64,000 nucleotides of DNA, from NCBI GenBank assembly GCA_964534275.1, contig CAZHQG010000010.1:6744-70743 (forward strand), read 5' to 3'. The notes under the pieces are model-generated. The model saw only the letters and a program-made list of their open reading frames with translations. It was not told the DNA's origin and did not search any database. A program made the position numbers and the translations under genes. Shown here piece after piece: positions 30,464-41,184 of the stretch. Origin of the DNA: an uncultured Candidatus Binatia bacterium (lineage in GTDB: Bacteria; Desulfobacterota; Binatia; HRBIN30). Numbering within the stretch: position 1 is the stretch's first letter; each line of letters begins with the position of its first letter.

Positions 30464-33316
30464 GTGCGCTTTATGGAACAGGACATCGTCATTCGCGGTG
30501 CCCGTCAACACAATTTGAAAAACATCGACGTGCGAATCCCACGCAATCGGCTCGTGGTGCTCACTGGGCCATCGGGTTCCGGAAAATCTTCGCTTGCGTT
30601 CGATACGTTGTACGCCGAAGGGCAACGCCGCTACGTCGAATCGCTCTCTACGTATGCGCGGCAATTCCTCGAACAATTGGAGAAACCGGATGTCGATGCG
30701 ATCGAGGGACTCTCCCCAGCGATCGCCATCGAACAAGCCACTTGGGGGCACAATCCCCGATCTACCGTCGGCACGGTTACGGAGATTTACGACTACTTGA
30801 GGCTTCTCTTTGCGCGGGTCGGGCTGCCGCATTGTCCACACTGCAATTTGCCCATCCAAGCCCAAACCGTGCAACAAGTGGTCGATCAACTCTTGGCACA
30901 CCCGGCTGGAACGCGACTGCAAATCCTCGCACCCGTGGTGCGTGGTCGCAAAGGAGTGCATCGCCACGAGTTGGACGAACTGCGCAAGGCTGGTTTTGTC
31001 CGAGCGCGCATCGACGGAAAACTTTACGACCTTGCCGCGGACGTTCCTCTTGCACGCAACCGCAGCCACGACATCGCGGTCGTCATCGACCGTGTGGTGG
31101 TACGCGACGGAATCACCAGCCGCCTGGCCGACTCCCTGGAACTCGCGTTCCGCTGGGGGAATGGCTTGGCACTGGTCGAAGCGGTTGGAGACACGCCGGA
31201 GGACGCACGCACCTCCTGGGTGTTTAGCCAACATCACGCCTGCACCCAGTGTGGGTTCTCGCTTCCGGAGGTCAGTCCACGGCTGTTTTCCTTCAACAGC
31301 CCTTATGGTGCCTGCCCGGAGTGCAAAGGGGTCGGGGCAGTCGCCTACTTCGATCCCGACTTGCTGGTTCCGGATCCAGCTCGATCGCTTGCCGACGGCG
31401 CCGTCGCCCTGTGGGGACGCATCGACCTTGGCAGCACGCTTGGCAAGCTGCTTACCGCCCTTTCGGAGCAGTTAGGGTTTACTCTCGACACGCCTTGGCA
31501 GGAACTGCCACCCACGGTGCAGCATGCGGTTCTCTTTGGGTCCGACGTCCCACTTACACCGCCACGCAACGGGGCGTCGACTTCGCGCCGGTTGCCGACA
31601 CGCTTCCCGGGATTGATCCCGCAACTTACGCATCGGGTTGAACGGGTTGCGCGCCCCCAGGAACGGGAGTTGTTGCAGCGGTACCAAAACACACGCGCTT
31701 GCGCGTCGTGTCATGGCACCCGACTCCGACGGGAAGCCCTCTGCGTGCGGATCGGGGGAAGGTCCATCGCAGAGGTCGCAGCACTGACGATTCCCTCTGC
31801 TCTCGAATTCCTTTCAAATTTGGAACTGACGGAGCGCCAACGCCAGATCGCCGAGCCAATCTTGAGAGAAGCCACAGCCCGCCTGCAGTTCCTCGAAGAA
31901 GTCGGGCTCGCGTATCTGTCGCTCGACCGTGCCGCAGATACGCTCTCGGGTGGCGAGGCCCAACGGATCCGCCTGGCGAGTCAGGTCGGGGCAGCTCTCG
32001 CCGGTGTCCTTTACGTGCTCGACGAACCGTCCGTCGGCTTGCACCCGCGCGATACCCATCGGTTGCTCGCCCTCCTGACCCGACTCCGGGATTACGGGAA
32101 CACCGTCGTGGTGGTCGAGCACGACCGAGACACCATTCTTGCCGCTGATTACGTGATCGACCTCGGCCCGGGAGCGGGCGCTCGCGGGGGGCATGTCGTG
32201 GCGGCTGGTAGCCCAAAAGAAATTTGCGCGGTAACCGCATCACTGACCGGGCAGTACCTCTCCGGTGCTCAGCGAATTCCCGTGCCGCCGCGACGACGTT
32301 CCGGGAATGGGGCGTTTTTACGCCTGACCGGAGCGAGCCTCCATAACTTGCGCGACGTCGATCTTGTCGTTCCTCTCGGAACGATCACTTGTGTCACAGG
32401 GGTATCGGGCGCCGGGAAAAGCACGCTCATTCTCGATACGTTGTATCCAGCAGTTGCTGCGCGGCTCGGACAAGGGAATCTCCGACCCGGCCCGTTTCGA
32501 GAACTCAGCGGGTGGCAGTTCCTCGACAAAGTCATTCAAGTCGACCAAAACCCGATCGGACGCACGCCTCGCTCGAACCCAGCAACCTACACTGGTGTGT
32601 TCGAAGATATTCGGAGCTGGTTCGCCCAGCTGCCGGAAGCGCGCGCTCGCGGCTTCGGTGCTGGGCGCTTTTCCTTCAATGTGCGCGGAGGCCGATGCGA
32701 GGCTTGCCGCGGAGAAGGATTGGTACGCGTTTCGATGCACTTCCTACCTGACGTCTACGTCGCCTGCGACGTTTGCGGGGGGCGCAGGTACGAGCGCGAA
32801 ACCTTGGAGGTTCGATACAAGGGCAAGCACATTGCTGACGTGCTCTCCCTGACCGTCGCCGAGGCGCTGGAGTTTTTCTCCTCTGTGCCACACCTCCAGC
32901 AGAAGCTCCGCACGCTCTACGAAGTGGGCCTGGAATATCTCACCCTTGGCCAGCCTGCGACCACCCTTTCTGGCGGCGAAGCGCAACGTCTAAAACTCGC
33001 CAAAGAACTTGCACGCAAGTCGACCGGCAAGACGCTTTATGTCCTGGATGAACCAACGACCGGTCTGCATTTCGAGGACATCCGGCGGTTGCTCGATGTG
33101 CTCCATCGCCTCGTCGATGCGGGAAATACGGTGATCATCATCGAACACAACCTCGATGTGATCAAAGTGGCTGACTACGTGATCGACATGGGCCCGGAGG
33201 GCGGTGCCGAAGGCGGACGCATCGTCGCCCAAGGCACGCCGGAACAAATTGCCTGCGCGGAAGGATCCTACACGGGGCGATTTTTGCGACCGTACCTACA
33301 GCTCTCCGCGCGCTGA
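30464..33316 (+). CDS. uvrA: Excinuclease ABC subunit A.
   Basis: Two ABC ATPase modules ([10 protein letters not shown] and [10 protein letters not shown]) and zinc-finger Cys clusters. Colinear with UvrA over about 940 aa. Confidence 0.95.
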   Translation: MRFMEQDIVIRGARQHNLKNIDVRIPRNRLVVLTGPSGSGKSSLAFDTLYAEGQRRYVESLSTYARQFLEQLEKPDVDAIEGLSPAIAIEQATWGHNPRSTVGTVTEIYDYLRLLFARVGLPHCPHCNLPIQAQTVQQVVDQLLAHPAGTRLQILAPVVRGRKGVHRHELDELRKAGFVRARIDGKLYDLAADVPLARNRSHDIAVVIDRVVVRDGITSRLADSLELAFRWGNGLALVEAVGDTPEDARTSWVFSQHHACTQCGFSLPEVSPRLFSFNSPYGACPECKGVGAVAYFDPDLLVPDPARSLADGAVALWGRIDLGSTLGKLLTALSEQLGFTLDTPWQELPPTVQHAVLFGSDVPLTPPRNGASTSRRLPTRFPGLIPQLTHRVERVARPQERELLQRYQNTRACASCHGTRLRREALCVRIGGRSIAEVAALTIPSALEFLSNLELTERQRQIAEPILREATARLQFLEEVGLAYLSLDRAADTLSGGEAQRIRLASQVGAALAGVLYVLDEPSVGLHPRDTHRLLALLTRLRDYGNTVVVVEHDRDTILAADYVIDLGPGAGARGGHVVAAGSPKEICAVTASLTGQYLSGAQRIPVPPRRRSGNGAFLRLTGASLHNLRDVDLVVPLGTITCVTGVSGAGKSTLILDTLYPAVAARLGQGNLRPGPFRELSGWQFLDKVIQVDQNPIGRTPRSNPATYTGVFEDIRSWFAQLPEARARGFGAGRFSFNVRGGRCEACRGEGLVRVSMHFLPDVYVACDVCGGRRYERETLEVRYKGKHIADVLSLTVAEALEFFSSVPHLQQKLRTLYEVGLEYLTLGQPATTLSGGEAQRLKLAKELARKSTGKTLYVLDEPTTGLHFEDIRRLLDVLHRLVDAGNTVIIIEHNLDVIKVADYVIDMGPEGGAEGGRIVAQGTPEQIACAEGSYTGRFLRPYLQLSAR

Positions 33317-33455
33317 CCACCTTCGCCACAACGAACGCCTTGGGCCTGCATTGCCGCAGGATACACGGCCAAGTTCCTCAGCGCGGTCTGTTCGTGCTAC
33401 TGGCAGCCGCGAGCTACAAGCCTAACTTCAACCCCACTCTTTCTGAGGCCAGGAG

Positions 33456-34661
33456 GTGCGTATGACGTCGCTTCGCCGGGTATACATGGATCACCACGCA
33501 ACCACACCAGTGGACCCTCGAGTGCTCGAGTCCATGCTGCCCTACTTCGGAGAGAAATTCGGCAACCCGGCAAGCCGCCACCACCAGTACGGCTGGGAAG
33601 CTGCCGAAGCCGTGGAGCAAGCACGCGCGCAAGTAGCGATGCTGATCGGCGCCAGTCCAAACGAGATTGTGTTCACCAGCGGGGCCACGGAAGCCAACAA
33701 TCTGGCCATCAAAGGAGTGGTGGAGTTTTATGCCTCGCGGGGGAATCACATCATCACGGTCACCACAGAACACAAGGCGGTGTTGGACCCGTGCCGTGCA
33801 CTGCAACGCGCTGGGAAGGTTGATGTCACGTACTTGCAGGTCGACCGTTTTGGCTGCTTGGATCCCGACGAACTTCGGCGAGCCATCACCGACCGAACCG
33901 TTTTGATCTCTGTCATGCACGCCAATAACGAGATCGGGACCATCCATCCAATTGCCGAAATTGGCCGCATTGCCAAGGAACGCGGTGTGCTGTTTCATAC
34001 CGATGCTACGCAAACCGTCGGCAAGCTGCCCATCGACGTCGATTCGATGGGTATCGACTTGCTGTCGATGAGCGCACACAAGCTGTACGGCCCGAAAGGT
34101 TGTGGCGCCCTGTACGTGCGCGGGAAGTCTCCCCGTGTCCGCCTCGCCGCGCAACTGCATGGCGGAGGTCACGAACGAGGGCTTCGATCCGGAACTTTGA
34201 ACGTTCCGGGAATTGTCGGTTTCGGCCGGGCCTGCGAGCTTGCGGGTTCCGAAATGCTCGAAGAAGGTCGGCGGTTGCTGGCTTTACGAGAACAGTTGTA
34301 CCTGGGCCTTACTCGTGAACTCGACGACGTGGTGCTGCACGGTCATCCGACGGAGCGCTTGCCCGGAAACCTCAACGTAAGTTTCGCGCACATCGAGGGC
34401 GAGTCACTGCTGATGGCGCTCACCGACGTTGCCGTTTCTTCGGGAGCGGCGTGCACGTCGGCCACGCTAGAAACTTCCCACGTTCTGCGGGCAATCGGCG
34501 TGGAGGAAGGTCTGGCTCAAGCATCCATTCGCTTTGGCCTCGGCCGTTTCAACACTGCTGAAGAAGTCGATTACGTGATTGCCCGGGTGGCAAGCGAAGT
34601 CCGGAGACTTCGACGCCTTTCGCCGCTTTACGAAGCCAGCCGGCGATCCCATTCAGCTTGA
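33456..34661 (+). CDS. iscS: Cysteine desulfurase (IscS/NifS class).
   Basis: [21 protein letters not shown]... has the PLP-lysine region and the SSGAACTS active-site Cys loop. Confidence 0.9.
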   Translation: MRMTSLRRVYMDHHATTPVDPRVLESMLPYFGEKFGNPASRHHQYGWEAAEAVEQARAQVAMLIGASPNEIVFTSGATEANNLAIKGVVEFYASRGNHIITVTTEHKAVLDPCRALQRAGKVDVTYLQVDRFGCLDPDELRRAITDRTVLISVMHANNEIGTIHPIAEIGRIAKERGVLFHTDATQTVGKLPIDVDSMGIDLLSMSAHKLYGPKGCGALYVRGKSPRVRLAAQLHGGGHERGLRSGTLNVPGIVGFGRACELAGSEMLEEGRRLLALREQLYLGLTRELDDVVLHGHPTERLPGNLNVSFAHIEGESLLMALTDVAVSSGAACTSATLETSHVLRAIGVEEGLAQASIRFGLGRFNTAEEVDYVIARVASEVRRLRRLSPLYEASRRSHSA

Positions 34662-35032
34662 TCGTTTATTGTGGGTGGGCACAAGCTAGGTCTCCTCGCC
34701 CATTCCCCAGGTTCACGCCCGACGAGCCCAAGGGCGAGCAAGAAACACCGCCCAACTTTGGCGTCACGAGCAACGGCAACGCACGTCCAGAACGGCGCGG
34801 AGCCCTTTCCGTGCCGCGTTGCTTTTCAACTTGGATGGCGACCCGGAATCGACGTGGGTGTGGGCCTTCCCACCGGTCGAGTGTCCAACCGAGGCCAGGG
34901 GCTGAAGTGACTTTGGGTGTGTCATCCGAGGACCAAGAAATCCCTGATGACCCCTTGCGGCCCATGAGTGCCGAACATTAGGGAGAATCACCCACTAGAG
35001 TTAGAAGCCGCTCTCAGGGAAGGAGGCCCGCC

Positions 35033-35356
35033 ATGGCAATCAGTATCTCGGAACGTGCCGCGCAAAGAATCCGCGAGCTGGTGCAGCAAGCTGGCCGGCA
35101 AGAACTTGGCCTCCGGATCAAAGTCGTTGGCGGGGGATGCTCGGGCCTTCAGTACAAGATGGATCTCGACACTGAGCGACCGGGGGACAAGGTTTTTGGT
35201 ACGGACGACGCACGCGTGATCGTAGATCGCAAAAGCTTTTTGTACCTGAACGGGACCGAGCTCGACTACAATGACGGTTTGATGAATGCGGGGTTCACGC
35301 TGCGCAACCCCAACGTGAAACGCACGTGTGGATGCGGAGCGTCGTTTGCGGTGTGA
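35033..35356 (+). CDS. erpA: Iron-sulfur cluster insertion protein (ErpA/IscA, HesB family).
   Basis: 107 aa with the C-terminal CGCGASF motif and the RIKVVGGGCSGLQY Cys ligand. These are the three A-type carrier cysteines. Confidence 0.85.
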   Translation: MAISISERAAQRIRELVQQAGRQELGLRIKVVGGGCSGLQYKMDLDTERPGDKVFGTDDARVIVDRKSFLYLNGTELDYNDGLMNAGFTLRNPNVKRTCGCGASFAV

Positions 35357-35573
35357 TTGTGGCCAGGAGGCATCATGCGCGGTGCCGAGTTTCCGCAGGT
35401 GCCCGCAGTGGGCAAGGACGGGGGCGTCGATCTCGGCGCAAACCCTTTGCGCGGGCGTGAGTTTCGCGCTCGCAAGGTCGTCGGAGGACCTTCCATCCGA
35501 CCGGGTGCGCCGTTGATCGCGCGTTTCGGCTCGCAAGTTCTAAACTTGCCGTTTTTTCACGGGAGGGCGTTCC

Positions 35574-36002
35574 ATGGCCGAAACGAAAAATCAAACTGAC
35601 GGTTTTGTCCATTTGCTGCAGCCAAATACGCTCCTTCCTTCGCAGCACTTCGCCGCGCTCAGACGCCGCGCGGAGCAGGAACCGGAGCGGCGGCTGGTGG
35701 TGGCATTACTGCAAGACGCGGTAGAGTGTTTCCAAAAGCATCTCTTTGCGCGAGACCGCAAAAAGCGGCAGTTATTCCGCGACGCCGAAGAATGGATTTG
35801 TTCGACCGATCGTACCTGGCCCTTTTCGTTCGAGAACGTGTGTGAAGTGCTGCAGCTCGATCCTGACTACGTACGCCAAGGATTGCTCGCGTGGAAGGCC
35901 GCGCAGCTTGCGCAGCGTGCCAACGCGGAGCACTCTCCCTCTGCGCCGCTCCCGTCTTCGCAAGCGGGGCCAGGCTGCCCACGCAAAGCAGCTCACGGCT
36001 AG
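35574..36002 (+). CDS. Hypothetical protein. Member of a two-copy family in this window (paralog at 57110..57649).
   Basis: Shares LLPSQ(H/Y)F, A(L/I)LxDAV, RDAE(E/R)W and W(P/W)FSFEN(V/I)C(E/A)VL(Q/G)L(D/E) blocks with ORF 57110..57649. No family recognised. Confidence 0.55.
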   Translation: MAETKNQTDGFVHLLQPNTLLPSQHFAALRRRAEQEPERRLVVALLQDAVECFQKHLFARDRKKRQLFRDAEEWICSTDRTWPFSFENVCEVLQLDPDYVRQGLLAWKAAQLAQRANAEHSPSAPLPSSQAGPGCPRKAAHG

Positions 36003-36087
36003 ACTCGCCGTCGCCTTTGGAGCGCCGCTTTTGACGAGTAAGTAATTTGTCGTCGTGCATTGCACGCGGATTTGCTAAGCGCATCCC

Positions 36088-37749
36088 ATGGTTTGGCGGC
36101 TGTGGCTGGGGATTCGCCTCGCCCTTCACTACGTGGGCGAGGTGGTGCAGTGGCTGACGGGACGCAAGCGGCCGTACGCAGTGGTACAACTCACTCTGCG
36201 GGGCCCCCTGTCGGAAGGGCCGAGCTCAGGATTTTGGAGTGTGCGCCGGCCGCAGTCGTTTTTCGAACTCATCACCACGTTGCAGTGGGCACGCGAAGAC
36301 AACCGCGTAAAGGGAGTGTTCGTCCACTGCGATCAAGCCGAGCTAGGTTGGGCTCAAGTGCTCGAACTGCACCGCAGCTTGCTCGCGCTTCGGAAAGCGG
36401 GCAAGCGTGTGCATGTGGCTCTCGGGCAGGCGACCCTTGCGGAGTACGTCGTTGCGAGTGCCGCCGAAAAGATCGTCCTGTCGCCGGCAGGTGGACTGGA
36501 CATTGCAGGTCTCTCCACCGAAGTTTGGTTTCTCGCCCGCGCGTTGGAGAAGCTCGGCATCCGCCCCGAGTTCGTCCAAGTGGGCGAGTACAAAAGCGCG
36601 GCCGAGATCTTCACCCGTACGGAAATGTCCGCGGCGCATCGCGAGGCGATCCAAGCGATTGTGAATGACCTACTGCGGCAGCTTGCCGAAGCAGTAGCAC
36701 AGGGACGCGGCTGGAATGTGGAGCAGGCGGTCGAGATGATCGAAGGCGGGCCGTACGACCCGGAATCTGCGGTCACGGCAGGGCTGGTCGATGCCTTGGC
36801 GGATCCAGTCATCGCGGAGCGCGAACTGCATCAAGAGCTCGAACTCGACTCGAGTCTTGCCATTGACTTTCAAACGTACAACCGCCGCAAGAGTCGCGCA
36901 TTGCGTCCGGCTTCATGGCGATTCGGAGGGGAGCATATCGCGGTGGTCCATGTCGTGGGCGCTTTGTTCGACGGGCCGGCCCCGCCTGGCGCGCCGGTTC
37001 CACCCCCGGTGTGGCTGCTGCGCGACCTCCAACAACTTGCCGAAGATCCGCGCGCGAAAGCTGTGGTCCTGCGGGTGGTCAGTCCCGGCGGTTCGGCACT
37101 TTGGTCCGATCGCCTCTGGCAGGCAGCAACTCTTGTAGCGACCCGAAAACCAGTGGTCGCATCGTGTGGCGATGTCGCCGCTAGTGGAGGGTACTACCTC
37201 GCGCTTGCTGGCCGGCCGTTGTTCGCCGAGGCAAGTACACTGACTGGCTCGATTGGCGTCGTCGCAGGGAAGTTCGTACTTCGAGGCTTGTTGGAACACC
37301 TTGGCATCGACACGGATCGGGTCGCTCGCGGCAAGTACACGGGCTTAAGTTCGAGCTCGATGCACCTCACCGAGGAGGAACGGGCGCTTTTGCAGCGCAA
37401 CGCCGAGCGGTTCTACGCCCGCTTTCTCGAGCTCGTCAGTGCCGCGCGGGACCTGGACACGACCGCAGCGAGAGAGGTGGCGCGCGGCCGTGTCTGGAGC
37501 GGTGCAGCCGCTGCCCAGAATGGTTTGGTAGACGGGTTAGGCGGTTTGGAAGAAGCGCTGGCGAGCGCGAAGCTTCTGGCTGGATGGGAGCCGCTCGAGC
37601 ACGTGCCAGTGGTTCACTACCCGCGGCCCCGACCATTGTGGCAAACGCTCGCCGAACAACTACGCCCGGAACGTCCCATCCCTTTGCCACCCACCACCGG
37701 TGTTGCAGGCGTGTGGGCTTGGCTCCCGATCCCATACAAATTTCGCTGA
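36088..37749 (+). CDS. sppA: Signal peptide peptidase SppA, 67K type (tandem S49 domains; protease IV).
   Basis: Two S49 repeats are present (VHCDQAEL...HVALGQATLAEYVVA and VVSPGGSALWSD...SCGDVAASGGYYLA...LTGSIGVV). Confidence 0.8.
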   Translation: MVWRLWLGIRLALHYVGEVVQWLTGRKRPYAVVQLTLRGPLSEGPSSGFWSVRRPQSFFELITTLQWAREDNRVKGVFVHCDQAELGWAQVLELHRSLLALRKAGKRVHVALGQATLAEYVVASAAEKIVLSPAGGLDIAGLSTEVWFLARALEKLGIRPEFVQVGEYKSAAEIFTRTEMSAAHREAIQAIVNDLLRQLAEAVAQGRGWNVEQAVEMIEGGPYDPESAVTAGLVDALADPVIAERELHQELELDSSLAIDFQTYNRRKSRALRPASWRFGGEHIAVVHVVGALFDGPAPPGAPVPPPVWLLRDLQQLAEDPRAKAVVLRVVSPGGSALWSDRLWQAATLVATRKPVVASCGDVAASGGYYLALAGRPLFAEASTLTGSIGVVAGKFVLRGLLEHLGIDTDRVARGKYTGLSSSSMHLTEEERALLQRNAERFYARFLELVSAARDLDTTAAREVARGRVWSGAAAAQNGLVDGLGGLEEALASAKLLAGWEPLEHVPVVHYPRPRPLWQTLAEQLRPERPIPLPPTTGVAGVWAWLPIPYKFR

Positions 37750-38020
37750 AGCTCCGCCCCGTGTGGGACGGGCTCCTCGACAAACGCGGCAAGAACCGTG
37801 GGATGTGAGCCTCAAAACGGCGCGCACCGAAGACCTGGAGGCATGCCCCCTCCCTACAAGCCGCAGCCGTACAAAACCGCAGAGCTCCTCCGTCAGGGGG
37901 TAAGCGGAGAAGCGACCCCCAGGGGGGTAGGTGCCAACTTCTCCCCCCGACTCCACCGAGACCAATCGATTGCTCCGATCGACGTGCGAAGCCCGTACGG
38001 GCCAACCCCGGATTTGCCCC

Positions 38021-38880
38021 GGATTTGGACACGCACAGAAGCGAACTGCGAACCTCTAAAATTTGGACACGCACGAAACCTGCGGCGGCCCACCGCCGCG
38101 CAGACTCCCCTCACTGGGCTCTCGCGGGCAGCTGCGGCAGAGGCACCCAACCCCACGTTCGAGCAAAGATTTGGACACACACCAAACGACGAGCGGGTTA
38201 GTCCGGAGGCACTCGAGAACACCGCCCCAACAGCACCGCGATTGGGGCCGGGGCCCGCCCCCCCGGCCCTCTTTCCGGAGCTTTCAACCTTCCTTACTTA
38301 TTGCCTCCGGTTCCGCCCTGGAGACCCAGTAGCCGCCAGCCAAACAATCCGGCCTTGGCCCGGGCGGACCCCACGGCACCAAAAACGGCCGCTCAAAATC
38401 GATCCCGTGCGTCGCCTCCGAGCGGCACGTCGCAAATCGTGTGTGTCCATAAACGAGGCCCCAGGGTGCAGCTCCCCGCAACTCGCCACAAATCAGGGGG
38501 TTGAGCGCGCGTACCAAATTTTGGTGTGTGTCCTCAAATTCTCTCACGTACCAAATTTTGGTGTGTGTCCTCAAATTCTCTCACGTACCAAATTTTGGTG
38601 TGTGTCCTCAAATTCTTCAGGTCCCAAAATCCCAAGTGCCTGGCTGGCCGCTGACCTAAGGTCGCCGTTTGATGTGTGTCCTGAATTGCATCCCTCCTAA
38701 TCAGTCCTCCGACGGCCATCGTTTGGTGTGTGTCCTGAATCTTCTCGGCGGGCGGCTGACGTACGGTCAAGGATTGGTGTGTGTCCTGAATTTTTCTCTC
38801 TGGCCGGGAGGGGACGAGTTACGGTCGTTCTTTCGTGTGTGTCCTGAATCTTCCCTGAATCTTCCTGTGAATTTTCCTTC
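38021..38880. repeat. Second cluster of the GGACACAC/GTGTGTCC-core repeat, with at least 11 copies. The first three (38.03-38.19 kb) are in one orientation and the rest in the opposite orientation.
   Basis: aaatttggacacgcac x2 and gatttggacacacaccaaacg, then tgtgtgtccataaacg, 3x accaaattttggtgtgtgtcctcaaattctctca, gatgtgtgtcctgaattgc, tttggtgtgtgtcctgaatcttc, gattggtgtgtgtcctgaattttt and tttcgtgtgtgtcctgaatcttc. It lies in the 1.37-kb non-coding gap upstream of the mevalonate genes. Confidence 0.65.
38509..38619. repeat. Perfect 37-bp tandem direct repeat, about 2.9 copies (cgtaccaaattttggtgtgtgtcctcaaattctctca).
   Basis: Copies at 38509-38545 and 38546-38582 are identical. The third copy (38583-38619) diverges only in its last roughly 6 nt. 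The units are contiguous with no spacers. Confidence 0.85.
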
Positions 38881-39019
38881 TGATGAATTTTCGTTGGTTT
38901 CTCTACGGTTTACGGCCGTCTTGAGGGGGCAGTCGGAAAGTAGCCGGAGGTCGTAGTCTCCTACTTCGGGCCGCTTGATTGACTGGTCAGGCTCGTGTAT
39001 GGGTTGCCCTTGACCACGA

Positions 39020-39069
39020 GGTTTATAGGATGCGGTTGATAGGGTCTGGTTTATATGGTTCGGTTTATA
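39020..39069 (+). promoter_or_regulatory. AT-rich element with three direct GGTTTATA repeats, about 50-100 nt upstream of the mevalonate operon. Candidate promoter or operator.
   Basis: ggtttataggatgcggttgatagggtctggtttatatggttcggtttatacc is markedly AT-rich against the GC-rich background, and it immediately precedes the start of the diphosphomevalonate decarboxylase gene. Confidence 0.25.
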
Positions 39070-39118
39070 CCTCTAGGTCAGTAACTCCCTGCGGGACAAG
39101 GCCCCGATCGGTGCTTCA

Positions 39119-40165
39119 TTGCGCGTACCGTCGGAGCAAGGAATGACGATGGCAGAGCGGAAACCGATAGCCCCCGGAAACCGCCTCGTGTGTGCCGAAG
39201 CACATCCGAACGTCGCCTTGGTGAAATATTGGGGAAAGCGTGACCGCCGGCTGAATCTGCCTTCCGTGGGCAGCATATCGCTTACACTCGACACGCTCTG
39301 TACCCGTGTCTCGGTACGTTCCGCGAATCGCGAAGCCGATGAGTTTTCCACGAACGGTAAGGTTGCCCCGCCTGGTGCTTTCGAGCAGCTCCAGGAGTAC
39401 CTGCAGTTCGTCCGCACACTAGCGGGTCGAAGCGAGCCGCTCGTCATCGAAACCCACAGCAACTTCCCGGTCGCCGCCGGTTTAGCGTCGTCTGCCTCGA
39501 TGTTTGCCGCGTTGGCCGTCGCTCTGAACGAGTTTTACGGCTTGGCACTCGCGCCTCGCGAGCTCACGGCCCTGGCTCGAAGAGGTTCAGGGTCAGCAGC
39601 TCGGTCCATCTTTGGAGGATTTGTCGAGTGGCACCGCGGCACGGCATCGGATGGCAGCGACTCCGTGGCAGAACCACTCGCTCCTGCCGAGGCTTGGCCA
39701 CTAGGAGTCGTCGTGGCCATTACCGACGTCCAGCCCAAATCGGTGTCCTCTCGCAACGGGATGGAGCATGCAGCGACGTCGCCCTTTTTCCCCCTTTGGG
39801 TTTCAGGACAAGAAGCCGACCTTGCTTCCGCGCGTGCCGCAATCGCCAACCGCGACCTCGAGGCTTTGGGACACATCGCCGAGCGGAATTGCCTAAAAAT
39901 GCACGCCGTTGCCTGGACCAGCACGCCGCCGCTGCTGTACTGGCGCCCCGCGACACTAGCGGCCATCGAGACGGTTCGCGCACTGCGCTCCGCTGGTGTC
40001 CCCGCATATTTCACCATCGATGCTGGCCCTCAGGTGAAAGTCCTCTGTCCTTTGGAACACCGCGAACGTGTCGCCGCTGCACTGCAAGAAACGCCCGGCA
40101 TCGTCCAGGTACTCCTTTCCCGACCGGGTTCCGGGGCCCGCCTGCTTTCGGAGGCTGGGACATGA
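39119..40165 (+). CDS. mvaD: Diphosphomevalonate decarboxylase.
   Basis: NVALVKYWGKRD...SLTLD, with GHMP-kinase-fold motifs typical of MVD. The start could be 39119 or the downstream ATG at about 39143 (MTMAERK). Confidence 0.8.
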   Translation: MRVPSEQGMTMAERKPIAPGNRLVCAEAHPNVALVKYWGKRDRRLNLPSVGSISLTLDTLCTRVSVRSANREADEFSTNGKVAPPGAFEQLQEYLQFVRTLAGRSEPLVIETHSNFPVAAGLASSASMFAALAVALNEFYGLALAPRELTALARRGSGSAARSIFGGFVEWHRGTASDGSDSVAEPLAPAEAWPLGVVVAITDVQPKSVSSRNGMEHAATSPFFPLWVSGQEADLASARAAIANRDLEALGHIAERNCLKMHAVAWTSTPPLLYWRPATLAAIETVRALRSAGVPAYFTIDAGPQVKVLCPLEHRERVAAALQETPGIVQVLLSRPGSGARLLSEAGT

Positions 40166-41184
40166 CCAGCCAATATTGCGCAGAAGCACCGGGCAAACTC
40201 TTCCTCCTCGGAGAGTACGCTGTGCTCGACGGTTCTCCCGCGATCGTCGCCGCAGTCGAGCCAAAGGTGCGGGTTGTCGCAGGATACAAAGGCACCCGTC
40301 AGAAACTGTCCATCGCAATACCCAGTTCTGGGGTTCACTTCACCGCGGACGTCCGGTCGCTGCCGCCCACCGGCCCCGGCCCCGTCGCGTTTGTGCTTGC
40401 GTGTTGCGCAAGCTGCCCAGAGGAAGAACGCCGCACCGTTCTGCCGGGACTCAACCTCGTCATCGAGTTCCCCCGAACCCAAGGGGTCCATGCAAAGCTA
40501 GGGCTTGGGGGCAGTGCAGCTTTGGTAGCCTCGGTCAGTGCTCTCCTCTTCGAGCTTGCTCATGGGCGTGGTCGCGCACAACAGCACAAGACGGAAGTGT
40601 TCCACCGCGCCCTCGCGGCGCACCGAGCTGCGCAGCAGGGGCGCGGCAGCGGGGCGGACGTGGCTGCGAGTGTGTTCGGCGGCCTGATCTTGTTTGAGAC
40701 CTCCAACGGGTCGGCCCCTCGCGTGGAACCGTTGCCGTGGCCCGAAAACCTTGCGCTCGCCACGTCGTGGAGTGGCCAGCCAGCTTCCACTGCCGAACTC
40801 ATCGGAACTTACTACAACAGTGTGCGCGATCACGCAGCTCTGCATCGCCAATTCCTGCGCAGTTCCGCGCTCGCCGTCGAAACATTCGCAACGGCAATCC
40901 GCTCCTGCAGCGATGCCGAGTCGGCCTGGCGTGCGGCCGCACCGGTGCTTCTCGAGTTCGCCCCAAAGCTCCGGCTTCCTTATCTCACCCCGGCACTCGC
41001 ACGCATCCTCGCCCTCGCCCAGTCACAGAACATCGTCGCAAAACCGTCTGGCGCCGGCGGTGGCGACTCGGCCGTCGCCCTCTGCCGCCCGGACCAGAAA
41101 GCTGCCTTGATCGAACTTTGGGAACGCAGCGGCTTTCCGTGTCCGGCGGTGTCGCCGGCAAAGGAAGGAGTTGTCTGTGGGTAA
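40162..41184 (+). CDS. mvaK2: Phosphomevalonate kinase (GHMP kinase).
   Basis: APGKLFLLGEYAVLDGSPAIV plus a GLGGSAALVASV ATP-binding loop. There is a 4-nt ATGA overlap with the MVD stop. Confidence 0.7.
   Translation: MTSQYCAEAPGKLFLLGEYAVLDGSPAIVAAVEPKVRVVAGYKGTRQKLSIAIPSSGVHFTADVRSLPPTGPGPVAFVLACCASCPEEERRTVLPGLNLVIEFPRTQGVHAKLGLGGSAALVASVSALLFELAHGRGRAQQHKTEVFHRALAAHRAAQQGRGSGADVAASVFGGLILFETSNGSAPRVEPLPWPENLALATSWSGQPASTAELIGTYYNSVRDHAALHRQFLRSSALAVETFATAIRSCSDAESAWRAAAPVLLEFAPKLRLPYLTPALARILALAQSQNIVAKPSGAGGGDSAVALCRPDQKAALIELWERSGFPCPAVSPAKEGVVCG

Noticed and set aside
30368-31237. 289-aa minus-strand ORF
   Set aside because: Antisense to uvrA.
34661-35033. Possible tRNA or small gene in the iscS-erpA gap
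   Set aside because: No tRNA-like acceptor/T-arm pattern (GGTTCGAATCC-type) or convincing short ORF was found, so the gap is left unannotated.
37436-38074. 212-aa minus-strand ORF
   Set aside because: Overlaps the 3' end of sppA (67K) in antisense and then runs into the repeat region. There is no recognisable domain.
38509-38619. Possible CRISPR array
   Set aside because: The 37-bp units are directly contiguous with no spacers. There are only about 3 copies, and there are no cas genes nearby.
37798-38700. 300-aa plus-strand ORF, plus small ORFs 38063..38332, 38284..38574 and 38534..38770
   Set aside because: They run straight through the GGACACAC repeat clusters. Their 'DTH/QDTH' repeats simply translate gacacgcac/cagacacac. 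Codon structure is absent, so the region is better explained as non-coding repeats.
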